This document shows positions 44,939 to 56,065 of a DNA stretch of 64,000 nucleotides, in pieces; positions within the stretch are counted from its first letter, which is position 1, and each line of letters starts with the position of its first letter. The position numbers and the translations under genes were made by a program. The notes under the pieces were generated by a model. The model ran no database searches, was not told where the DNA came from, and was given only the letters and a program-made list of their open reading frames with translations. The DNA comes from Marsupella aquatica (taxonomy: Eukaryota; Plantae; Marchantiophyta): NCBI GenBank assembly GCA_973895155.1, contig OZ316894.1, forward strand, positions 21,024,451-21,088,450. The letters are read 5' to 3'.

Positions 44939-45274
44939 ACACAGGAAACAGGAATTTCAAAGATTCGTGTCAAATCCAGGAGGAATGGTCGAGACCGAGA
45001 GTAGCGCCAGGCGCTCATTTTATAAAATTTTGGGAATAGTACATTTAAACCCGGGTATTCCCAGAAAGTATAGGCTCGCACCAGGCGCTACCAGAACTAG
45101 TTTATAAATGTCCGCTATCTACTCTTTACACAACCGAATCAAAATACGCTAGCGATTAGAAAATCCTAATGTAGTCTCTCATCCGGTACCACAAATGAAA
45201 GGGGCTAGTCCCGAACACATTGGTTACACATTGCCTACACACAAAACACATTGTCGTCTTTGTGCATCGGGAGA

Positions 45275-45775
45275 TTAAAGAACATTGGGCGCATCCATCA
45301 AGAAAGTGAGCACACTAGCGCCGGGCGCTAGTTTGTCGATCGTGGACGAACCGCACTCATCATCGATTCCAGCCATAGATCGGGCTCTGTCGGGAACAAA
45401 ACCGTGCTCACGATTGCTGATAAATGCCAAGGATGGCGTAATCTCCACACCTCTACAAGAGTCCTCGCCAGGAACGGTTGTATTCTGGAAATCAATCCTC
45501 CCTAGGTCCTCCTGGGTGCGCATGTCATCCTGACGAGTCGGGCTGTGAGGAAGAGGAGGACAATGAATTGTAAATCTTTCCGAAAAATGCCTTGGCAGGG
45601 AATCTCTGAGCCATGGGATAAGCGTCTTGCCAGGGCTAATAGCCTCGCTTGGAGGAAGATTCAGCCTGTTTCGAAAGTCACTCGTCTCGCTCCACTCAGG
45701 CTCTTCAGTGACGGGCAGCGGACCCTCCTCCAAAAACATCTGAGACAAACTAGGAACTTCAGTTCGATGATCCAT
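45275..45775 (-). CDS. Possible third ORF or exon of the TIR element, unknown function
   Basis: 166-aa ATG-initiated ORF on the same strand as the cargo gene; no recognisable motif. Confidence 0.25.
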   Translation of the reverse strand: MDHRTEVPSLSQMFLEEGPLPVTEEPEWSETSDFRNRLNLPPSEAISPGKTLIPWLRDSLPRHFSERFTIHCPPLPHSPTRQDDMRTQEDLGRIDFQNTTVPGEDSCRGVEITPSLAFISNREHGFVPDRARSMAGIDDECGSSTIDKLAPGASVLTFLMDAPNVL

Positions 45776-46664
45776 TTTAGGTCAGCAATGGCGATTCGGA
45801 AACAAGTGGAAGCAAAAGAGATTAGGTAACGAAAATCCAAAACCAAGATCGCGGTACAAAATGATCAGGATGAAACGCGAACACAAGGATATAGGGAACA
45901 ATTGAGACCGTGGTTGCCTCAAACGGTGCGTGGAAGGAAACGTTCAATATGTCAGTTGGACATTCGAAAGAGACAAAACATAAACGGCAACTTTGTGACT
46001 GACGTCAGCCGATAATAACGGGAATATATCCGTTAGTATAACGAAAATAGAGTAAGGAGTAAAATTAAAGTAGCGCTCGGCGCTACTATAACATTGTAAG
46101 GTAGTAATGAAAGAAACAAGCGTAAGCATGTTGCAATAGATAGTTATATTTCCCAAACCACATTACATGAGTTCTCATTTGAGTAGCACCCGACGCTAGC
46201 ATAACCTCAAAATGAAGGTAATTAATATTCTGAACTAACCTCATCAGATAACTCTGACCCGCTTGATTTAGACCTATCGGTGGACTCTGCTTCATCGTCT
46301 ATGAATTTGCTTTTGCATATATCATCAACATAAGGGTTTCTTACAAACTTCCTATCAGAACCCCTCCTCAGTCTAAGGCCTTTATTCTCCCATTGGAGCG
46401 TCCTCACACTATCTACTCTCCTCGCCGCATTCTCAGCGTACGAAGGTAAATCAAATGGTTTTTCCGGAGTCCCAACATAACTCCTGGCAACTTTCCTCTT
46501 GAGTTGGAAACGCCTTCGTTGATTCCAGTCAGACCTGAGGATGAGAATTTCCGGTGGTATGTCAACACAATCCATTTTTTGACAATATATCTAAAAAAGG
46601 ATTGGAAAGCGAAAGAGGAAGAGTGAATTCCAGATGAGGGAGCTTGACAGGAAGCTTACGAGCA

Positions 46665-49600
46665 TTACTCAAAAGAATCTCTGTTGTCGCTACCTTCATC
46701 AATTTCGTGATCCTCTCCAATTTGAGATCCTATAGGAATGACAAAATCCGGCTCTTCCTCCCCTTCCTCCGCATCCTCTTCATCGTCGAAATCAAAATTC
46801 AGTACTGATCTAAGCTTGTCTCTCTTCCTCTTCACAACCACATTTGCGGGAGGAGCTATTATTGGAGGAACTTTTGGAGTTAGAAGATCCAAAAATATCC
46901 TTGAGGCTGTTTCAATGAACTCCTTCCTGTTTTCCACCCCAAGAACAAATCGGCCACAATAGTCCCCGGCCACAAAAGTACTCCCGGAACCGACAACCCA
47001 ATCAAAAACAATATCTCCTGGGCAGGTAATTAACTCCATTACCGATTGCATAAATCCAGGATGGAGTCTAGCATTTCTGGCAAAATCAAGCTCGGGACTA
47101 GTATCCACCTTCGCAAACAGAAGTCCTATCAAATTTGTGCTAGAGGGATCCTCGGTTTTTGATAGGGGCCTGAACTTTGGGTCCTTGGAGACTTTCACTT
47201 TTGATGAGATTCAAGAAAAAATATCTAATCGCAAAGTGAATACCTGAAATGAACAAAATAATGTCAGGTTATGATCCAGAGAGATTAACAGCGCCAGGCG
47301 CTAGCAAAAGTTTCAGTAATGTTTGTGTATTTACCTGAACATCGGACTTGGCCCGGTACATAGGGAACCCCATCACCACATTATATGTCGAGAGACACTG
47401 GAATTTCTTTGACTCTTGACACGCTGAGATGACTTGCAAAATCTGATCATAATCCCCCGTATGGAGGATTGCAATCATTCCATCATCAGCCAAGAAAGGA
47501 TCCATCGCTCGGAAAAAAGATCAAGCTATGGTGTAGTCAGGAATGTTCCATTTTGGAACTTTCCAATCGAGCAACGTTGGCTTCAACCCAGTTGGTAGAT
47601 AGATGAAACCAGCGTCAACACTAAAAGGCCTCTCCTTCCCACCCCTCACGACTCCCTTTGGACGGCATCCTGATTTGACGAAGTCTTTAACCCACTTCTC
47701 GGCATCAGTAACCCAATCTGGCTTCTCTTCCTTATTGAAAACACTATCATAAAATTCAGTAATGCTGGACTCAACTAAACAATGCCGAGACGCTCTGGAT
47801 TTAAAATTCCCAACATCCCTCTGAAGTCCCATGGCAGATAGACTATCTCTTTCCGAATGCCCAGCCTCACGCGTCTTCTTATTCTTTTCTTTGTGCTGGT
47901 TGCATCGATAGGTTCGGTCGATTTCCCCGAATTCATAGGGGTAATTGGATCTGGTAAAGTACTAGTATTTGCTTCAGATCCTTCTGGCCTAACCTTGGTA
48001 TCATCTGTCGCGTCCGATCTCTTTTGACCTGAGGTAAGAGTTCAACAACTACATAATTAGTGAATTACTTGATGGAAAATGGAATCACACAATAGTAGCG
48101 CCAAGCGCTAGCACAAATATGTAGAAAGATGATAGAGAAAACCTACGTTTCCTCCCAAATCGAGTTGACGCACTTGGCATAGCAGTGTCGACTTTAACCT
48201 TCCCACGAGGCTTTCGGCTTCTATTGACATGAACAACAACTGTCTCGCAGATCTTTTGTAATTCTGTTCCAGACTTGTCGACCTCACCAAGAAGTCCTTG
48301 CTTCATCTTAGAGACAATCTTTGGAGGAATCTGAGACTTTGCCAATTTTTGAAACCAATCCTTCTCTCTTTCGTCGAAAGGTGAATCCCACTTGTCTGTG
48401 TTGAGATACCAAGGGCAGTGGGTTCTTTCCCATTCGGTCATGGTGCGTGGTGGGAATTTTCCCTCTATTGGATACATTGAATACAATTCCCCAACCTGAT
48501 CTCCCTCCTTTGCCACAATCCATTTGTGAAATGCAGCTAGATATGCCCACAATGATTCAGGGGAATGAATCTCCATCCAGATATAGAAACGATACAAATA
48601 CCTCTTCGCTCTTTTCTGATTTTTTTTGGTGTACACCTCCTTATCCGGATATTTTGAAGGCCATATCGTGTTGAAGAACTTCGCCTTGACAAGGTCACTA
48701 AACTTTCTGAAATCACCGCAAATAATATCAATCAGACATTCAATGGAATCACACTTTGACTGAGCAAGCCGATCGACGGGTAGCGTGTCAATGGCAGCCA
48801 AAAGTGCCAATTGTAACATCGCAATCGCAATACCCTCGACGGTGTTCCAGGTCTGCCAAGTGTGACACCACTGCTTGACTGGATCATCGTTCACGCTTGC
48901 AGGGTGGTAGAATTGTTTTCACAATTCTGGGGTACAGTGAGCCACAAGCAGGGTACACCTAAGTTTTGGGTCAAGAGCGGAAACTGCTGTGAATAACCTG
49001 GCACGATCCATAATGCAGACAACACTATCTGGTTTCTTCTCGCGCTTGTTCTGCTCTGTTAGTACGTACATCTCTGCACAAGTGCTAAAGAAATCTTCAA
49101 ACTCAGGGCTAAGGAGAGGAGTTATCTTGGATGTTTTTGTTGACCAATCCTTTGTGGCCTCTTTCATCATTAGTGCATGCCTCTTTGCAATGTCATCTGG
49201 TGCCCATGGATTGCCTTGACTTGCAGCCAACGCCATGTCCATCTTGAACTGGTTTGTGTAAGATTTTATTTTGTTTTCACACAAAATGTACACAAGAGCT
49301 TCAAGAGGCATCTTTCTGGTGTACCATGAATGCTTTCGCGTTTTGAGTTTAATGTACTCAAATTTTGCAAAATTGGCACTATCTATAATTGACTTGTAGT
49401 GCTCCAAATCGTGCAAAGGAATCCTACGTATTCTGTCAGCGTCCAGGATCCACGACGGTTCGACTACAGCCTACCCTAACCTGCGATCAGGGGAGGTGAT
49501 TAGCAGCGTCGGGCGCTAGCAAAAACAGTAATACCAAATGCTCAATTCAAATTATTTTTGAAATGAGGAACTAGAAAAGGGAAATGAATAAAATCAAAGT

Positions 49601-50379
49601 TTATGAAGAAATTCTTGCTGGTTCACTGTGTGCATCGCCGCCTCGATCTGAATTTGGGAAGCTTTGTCTCCCTTGAAAATTGTACAAAGGACTCTTGGGT
49701 GATACTTGACGTTGTCGGGATTCTCCTTGGTGACGATTGTCCAAGAATAGAGCCGGTGATTCCCATCAAAAACGCAAAACATTTTGTCTTTCAGGTAATG
49801 GAAAGCTGGATCGGCCTCGCATTCCAATTCAAACTTCTCATTCTTTGCAACCCAAATGGCGTCCCAACCCTCCCTTATCTCTGGAGTACATATTTTCTCC
49901 ACACCTTCTGAATCGGTTGGCTGGACGAAGAAGCACATCCCAATCCTCGGATTGTAGCCACTGCTTCGGAATGAGTCCTTTAATTTCTCAATGGAAGCAC
50001 TTTCCTTCTGCAAAGTTCGGACCACCTCCATGTGAAGCAAGTGACAAAGTGGGATCCGTGGCGGTTCCTTCTCTTGCCCGCAAAAATCTTTACCAAACGA
50101 CATGATGTGTTGTGTAATCACGTCGTCCATCCCTAATCCAACCTCGCTTCCTTCTCCCATCGCAAAATCGATCACAGTATCCGTATCCATCCTCCCCCTC
50201 CTTGGCTTTGGAAATGGCAGCGAAGTGTTCAAAGACGGGATTGCTTTGCTTGACCTTGTTACTCGACGGGAGTAGACAGACCCAGAAAATGAAGATTCGG
50301 TGGACTCGCACTGACCTCGATCTCGGTCAGGAACTGTAGTATACTCTCTTGGAGAGCTTGGGGCGCTTGAAGGTTGCAT
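46665..50379 (-). pseudogene. ParB/Srx-like domain plus beta-class DNA N4/N6-methyltransferase-like protein; exons ~50379-49619, 49480-48147, 48028-47335, 47243-46665, possibly continuing to 46222
   Basis: SIEKLKDSFRSSGY and FCVFDGNHRLYSW match the ParB-like signature. DAGFIYLPTG..WN occupies a degenerate motif IV position, and RLHPGFMQSVMELITCPGDIVFDWVVGSGSTFVAGDYCGRFVLGVE is motif X-I-II-like (SAM binding). The ORF pieces join in frame across single premature stops and phase-compatible introns, with one frameshift near 47890. Confidence 0.72.
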
Positions 50380-51273
50380 CGTGGAGGGCCCAAATACTAG
50401 AGGTGGTACTCTCTACACTCACGCTCCTAACAAGATTACCGTACACATAGTGTACATCTCACACCTTTAAAACATGACCATCAGAGTGCCGTCCGTGCCT
50501 CGTTAAGATGTACGACACGCACAATAGTGAAAAATGACCAACAAATTGAATCATGGACAAGTGATCAATACTGGTTGGACACTGGAGATGAGCTCATTCC
50601 CTCTTTCGTTGATAACATCTGACGGGGAACCATCAAGAGTGATCGGTACGCTGGTTTTGTTACCGTTAAATCTAACCGTTGGATGTTCGAATGAACGATT
50701 ATATGATACTAGCGCCGGGCGCTATTGACTCTATAACATCATAACATGCCTTTCACGGTTGTTGAATTGTAAAGATGATGCTAGCGCCGGGCACTATTTA
50801 AATTCAAAACATCCCATTACAGTCACCAATGTTAAGTTTCATCAAATTGACACATTTTACCTAAATAAAAGTACTTAATTTGGAAATTTCATGGTTTTTG
50901 ATGAAATTGGGGAATGATAGCGCCTGGCGCTAGTACAAAATAGCTAAATGAATCATTGCTTTTTGAGGGTTTTGTCGATAATTATTGGGACAAATACAGT
51001 GAATCGAACCCTTGTCTTTTAGTAGCACCGGGCGCTACTAAATGTTTTCATACGATTTAAGTGACATAACCTATGTTATTGATGATAAGTGTCATTGGCA
51101 AAATGACAAATGTCATTTATTTGCATTCCGTAACAACTAGTACCCGTGTTGTCGTTTGCAAACGATAAGTTAATCAGCAGCGAATTGAGTTCTCTTCACT
51201 TATATGAAGCAATGTAATTCCTTTCCTCCCCACATTTTTTGGTGGTAGATTCATTTTTCAACATTGTCCAACT

Positions 51274-54200
51274 ATGTCTACATCAGTTGTGATTGTTCGT
51301 CCGGATACTGGGGACATTGTTAGCATCCCAGTTGGTTTAGCCGATACTTACAAATAGATTAGTGAGAGTTATCTTTGTGGAAGATTTGACATTTCTCTGA
51401 ATGATATTATTTCAATCAATCCTGAGCATAATTCTACTGATGAGAAAGGATCAGCAATGTTTGATGTTGACGATGGAATTAGATTTTGGCCCCTGAATGC
51501 TGGCATTAGATACTCGATAATTCTTCGATCGGCTTTAATTTCTGTCGAGAAAGATGGAAAACTTCCAACTGTGATTCACATTTCTGACAGTGATGATGAG
51601 GATATATTGGCTCCAGTGATGCAGACGTCGCCCTCGCCAGAGACTTGTATCAAGGCAGAAGGGACCATTTCGAGCCAGCCATCAGTGGCGAGTGTTGTTT
51701 ACCGTCGGAGTGCAATGGATGCAATTCTTAAATCTACTGGTCATAGTGAACTTTTGCGGTTTATTTGGACTGGTGATTTTAGGCATGAGCAGGTGAATTG
51801 TCTTCCTAGCAAATACAATGGAAATATTGTGTTTGAACTGCCACCCGCAGAAGGATTGCTATCAAAAGGTTCTAGGCTCCGCAATATGGATCGGCCTAAA
51901 GACTGCTACTTCTGGACTCAGATCTTTCCAACTTCTGCGAATGTGCAACCTAAGAAGTTGTGGGAATTTGGAAAAGTCACATGCACAGGATCACTTGAAT
52001 GTCGAAACCAGAAATGTGAGTATCTTTTGCGGAAGAAAAGAAGGAATTCGAAGGCTTGGGATGGTACGCCCAAGCTTGCTGGGCCACATTGCGTAGGAAA
52101 GATTATTGAGGATGGTGGGGTAGTATGTCATTACTGCCAACAACTGCCCTTTTGTAATGAAGCTTGCACTGCAACGTTGTTTTATATGTACCCGTAGTTA
52201 CTTGTAGACTCTAATACCTGTAGTCACATGTCACGTCTCGCTGTGCATGTTGGAACACATGCACATCCCTCTTGAAAAGTGTTTTCTCGTGGTGCAGAGA
52301 AGATTGCGCAAGACATTATCAAGAAACAACACGAGGCAACGCCGTCTGCCACACCGTCGGGTCTAAAGAATGCCATAACTGGGTCTTTGCAAAAGGCTCT
52401 CTGCGTGTCTAACAATGATATAGAGGAATTGGAGGAGAAAGAAATTTGGGAGTCATTGATGGTAGTTTCTTCCCCTCAAAAGTTTGCATCTCTCTTTCGT
52501 AGTGTTCGGCAAGATCAAAAAGGTAAGGGCGAGTTAGAGTTTCTAGTTGAAATGCAGAAATGTATCAACTTTCCCTTTTTACAATGATACATGCTCCCTG
52601 GTCAAGGACGTAAGGAGGACAGACCTCATATTTTTAAAATGACAGTAAAGGGACATGGATCTGGTGTGAATTTGTTACGCCAAATGCAACCTGGAGGTAG
52701 ACTCGAAGGGGCCTGGGTAAGTTTTGATGTCATGAGGAGGCTGACAACAGAGTGAATTACATTTAGTGCTCACGTTTACGATCACAACTACCGAGCTCTT
52801 TGCACAATTTTCACTTGTGAGTTGAAAGCGGAAGATACTGAGTCCTTGGAAAAAGCTTGGAAATTGATGATTGAGGTTTGCCGTGAGAATGGGTTGGATG
52901 ATGTAGTGATCCATGGATTCATGGCTGACAATGCTCAAGCTGGATGGAACGCGGTTTGGAATGTCTTTTTTGGTGGTCATCCTAACCCCGAAAAGGAGCA
53001 ATCCGACGCATTTCACTTTTATCAATCATTTCATCGACACTCCGTTGAAGGAGTCCTGGAGGGGAAACGAGAGGAGCACCGCAAGTTGTGGGACTCCTTA
53101 AGGAAATTCAACTTTTGTTGGAGCGTACAGGATTTCAAGGGATATTGATTTATGGTGGAGATCTGGGAACTGTGTTCCAGGAAAACTTCGAATGCTCCAA
53201 GGCTGGCTTTTGCGGTGGGTTGTCCGATGGCGTCAATGGGGAAATTTTATTCATCTGGTGAGTTTCTTAATCACATTTGTTCCTCACAATTGACATTAAT
53301 ACCAATGCTCGGCGCTAGCATTACTAAGTCATTCTTTGGATTACCTAGGACCGTTATTCCTTTCTATTTGTGAAATTATTTCATGGTAGCGCCCGACGCT
53401 AGTTTACTCGTAGCTTTATAATATGATAATGTGGCTCATAATCATAGTTGACGCTGTCAGGATATTGCTTTATTTAATATGGTTTCAAAGACACATTTCC
53501 TTAACATTGCTCCTATGTTTAATCCAAGACAAAAGTGTCGAAGAAAGTGCTATGATTCCCAACTGTACAACTTTGGAAGCGGCCCATTCTATAATGAAAG
53601 CTTGGCAAACAAAGAAGAAAGCTAGTCTATTCGAAGCTTGTGAGATAGATCAAAACAGAGCATTGTCGCAAGTTGCGGCATATACAGCCTATCGGAGGGG
53701 GCTAAATTGTGGTAAGGGGCCTACGATATGGGAATTGGCATTCCGTTCTGCAGATCAAGCTGGTTCTTCCAAACTTTTCCAAGATGCTTCTAATATGCTC
53801 CTTTCCAGTGCGGCTGAATTCAGCCTGGAAAGGAATGCCCCACTGAATGGGGATGTTATGACAAAGTTCGTGAAGAGGAAAGGACAAGCCACAGGGAACA
53901 TCTCTGCACAAGACTCCCATCGGCATGACACTATTCTGGTAACATCGCCAAATACTTGTGGTATGAAGAGAAAAAATTGAGTAGGGAGGAGTTCCCCCTG
54001 TTGAGCAGACTCCTCCTGTCTGTGAGAATGTTGTGGTGGATATATCTGATAGTGATATCGGAGAAGACATTGATTGGACTACTCCACCTTGGAGGAGAAC
54101 CACCAGGTCTTGTTTGGATCCGCGAACTGCACCTCCCACTTGTCAACGACCTTTCAATCAATCGTTAGTGTTGGAGACGGATGTCCGACCTGGTGAATGG

Positions 54201-55040
54201 CACCTACGAAGAACGACCAAACATGGAGCAAGCCCTCAATGTAATGGATCGTTGGGTGGGAGATCAGATCGAGATGAACGTCGCAATCGTCTGAAAAAGG
54301 TTGGGTACCCGTCAACAGATGGAGTAGTTGGCATTGTTGTGAAAGGTCATCGTATATTCAGGGGAGAACCACATCCTGAAATGATTTGGTTTTGTGCGAA
54401 CAATGCTTGCTATAAGAGCTGGCCATGTCGTAATGTCGTGAATCTTCCACCATTTCCCTATACGCTTCCTGTTCTGAAAGGGACTAACCTTTCTGAAGCA
54501 GAAGTCCAATTCTTGATGGAGAAAGGGGTCCAAATCGATCGTGAGGCCGGAACTCAGCATGTTCCATCTCCGTTTGAGTTGCAAATCAATGTAAATGTTT
54601 TCCCTGAGAAAATCAATCTCCTAGAGCCAAATATTTGCCTTCGGAGTAGAAATGGGAAGAATACAATCCCACAATCAAATCTTTCACAAGGTCACTACAC
54701 GAGAATTGAATCTGCCAGCAAGGAGCCCATGACCCTAATTCGGCAGTGCGATGTTTCCAACGGGAACTCTTGGGGAAAACAATTTCAAATCCAAACCCAT
54801 GAGAAACTCCGAACTGCGAAGACGTACTGGGTGTAAATTTGCATTTTCCCGTGTTGTTCTTGTGAGGACTTCTATCGTCGCCATTCCCATGGAAGACCCT
54901 ACATGCCTTGCAAGCACCTATACTGGGTGTATACCAACGTCCTCAAACTTGATGTCCTGTATTCAACACTGGCTAGTCAGTCGATTCTCACTGTGGGGGA
55001 GATTAGGCTCATTCTTGCACGGCAGAATGCTCTGGATTAA
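51274..55040 (+). pseudogene. Mutator-like DDE transposase with Cys/His-rich (GCM-like) N-terminal region and C-terminal SWIM finger, disrupted
   Basis: CTGSLECRNQKC..CHYC..C..HVGTHAHP; VSFDVMRR (D1); GFMADNAQAGWNAV (D2); DAFHFYQS; TTLEAAHS (E); CSCEDF..PCKHLYWV (SWIM). Intron from 53258 to ~53528; several TAG/TGA/TAA stops and frameshifts. Confidence 0.78.
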
Positions 55041-55720
55041 TAGGGGAGATATTTAGGAACGTTGAACGGCTCCTATCTTGTTTGTCGCATATATGCAAGT
55101 TTTATTTCCTTTTTTTATACCAAACACTCTTTGCATTTTCATAACATATTGGTCGATTTTTTATTCTGACTCTGGTTAGCGCCGGGCGCTACTTTGAATT
55201 GGTCCTCATTCAAACATATTTGGGTGGTCCAATGTGTTTCAGATTGTATAATACACTGTATGTTTGTTTCCTGAATCTAAGGCAAGATTTATACGTGAAA
55301 ATATAATATGGGTAGCGCCAAACGCTACTATACTCTGATGATACTCCACTCATAATGTTGTATGTCATGTTGGCATGTACGGAGCTTGAAGGCATTACTA
55401 TTTCATTTAGTTATACCCATCGGTATAATATATTAATGTAAATATGATGGCGATATTTTTGAAGATGTACATTTTTTTAAAATGAGGCTCATCTGATTAT
55501 TTTTATCAGGGTGGGACCCACAGTATTGACTCACGCATATTGTCAATACTATTATAGTCAGAACTAGCGGGTAATTTGTACAGCAAATCCTGGCTACCAT
55601 GTCTATCCTTGGGACCATAAAATGACCCTAAAACCTAATGAGTTTCCTGGTACCAGAAACTGTTTTGCTGTTAACAGGATTCCTGGTTTGCTGTTTCCTG
55701 TCTCGGTGGCCATGCCCCCC

Positions 55721-56065
55721 CCAAGGCGCTAATAATGTTTCTTCATTTTTATTACCTTTTTGTCTATTTTTAAAGCAACATGCTCAAAATACTCTCATTT
55801 TGGAGGGTATAGGTGGGTATGACATTACTAGCTCTTGGTCGCTAGTAATATTTTATCATTTTTGTTACCCTTTGCTTATTATTATTTTGGTAAACATGCA
55901 CTCATATAGTGTCATTTTGGAGTGTCTTGGTGACTTCAATATTAATAGCTTTAGACCCTAGTAATATTTTAATTTTTACTACTAATTTGAGCTCAATTTT
56001 TGTACAAAAGTTTTAAAAAAATCATTCAAGTAAGATATTACCAGCGCCAGGCACCAGTAATATCG
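55721..56065. repeat. Tandem array, right part (continuation of 43968-44658)
   Basis: Resumes mid-unit with aggcgctaataatgtttc; further units at ~55821, 55938 and 56034 (gatattaccagcgccaggcaccagtaatatc). Confidence 0.8.

Larger units (their letters stand above)
44659..55720. mobile_element. ~11-kb TIR DNA transposon (Mutator-like transposase plus ParB/methyltransferase-like cargo)
   Basis: Left end GGGGGG-N10-AGACAGAAAACAGGAAACCAGGAAACC; right end reverse complement GGGGGG-N11-AGACAGGAAACAGCAAACCAGGAATCC. Possible TSD CCA (44656-44658, 55721-55723), ambiguous because of the C runs. It interrupts one unit of the flanking array. Confidence 0.8.

Noticed and set aside
46665-50379. Bacterial or phage contamination as the source of the ParB/MTase-like gene
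   Set aside because: The gene has spliceosomal-type introns, shares the transition-stop decay of the neighbouring TEs and is enclosed by TIRs within plant sequence.
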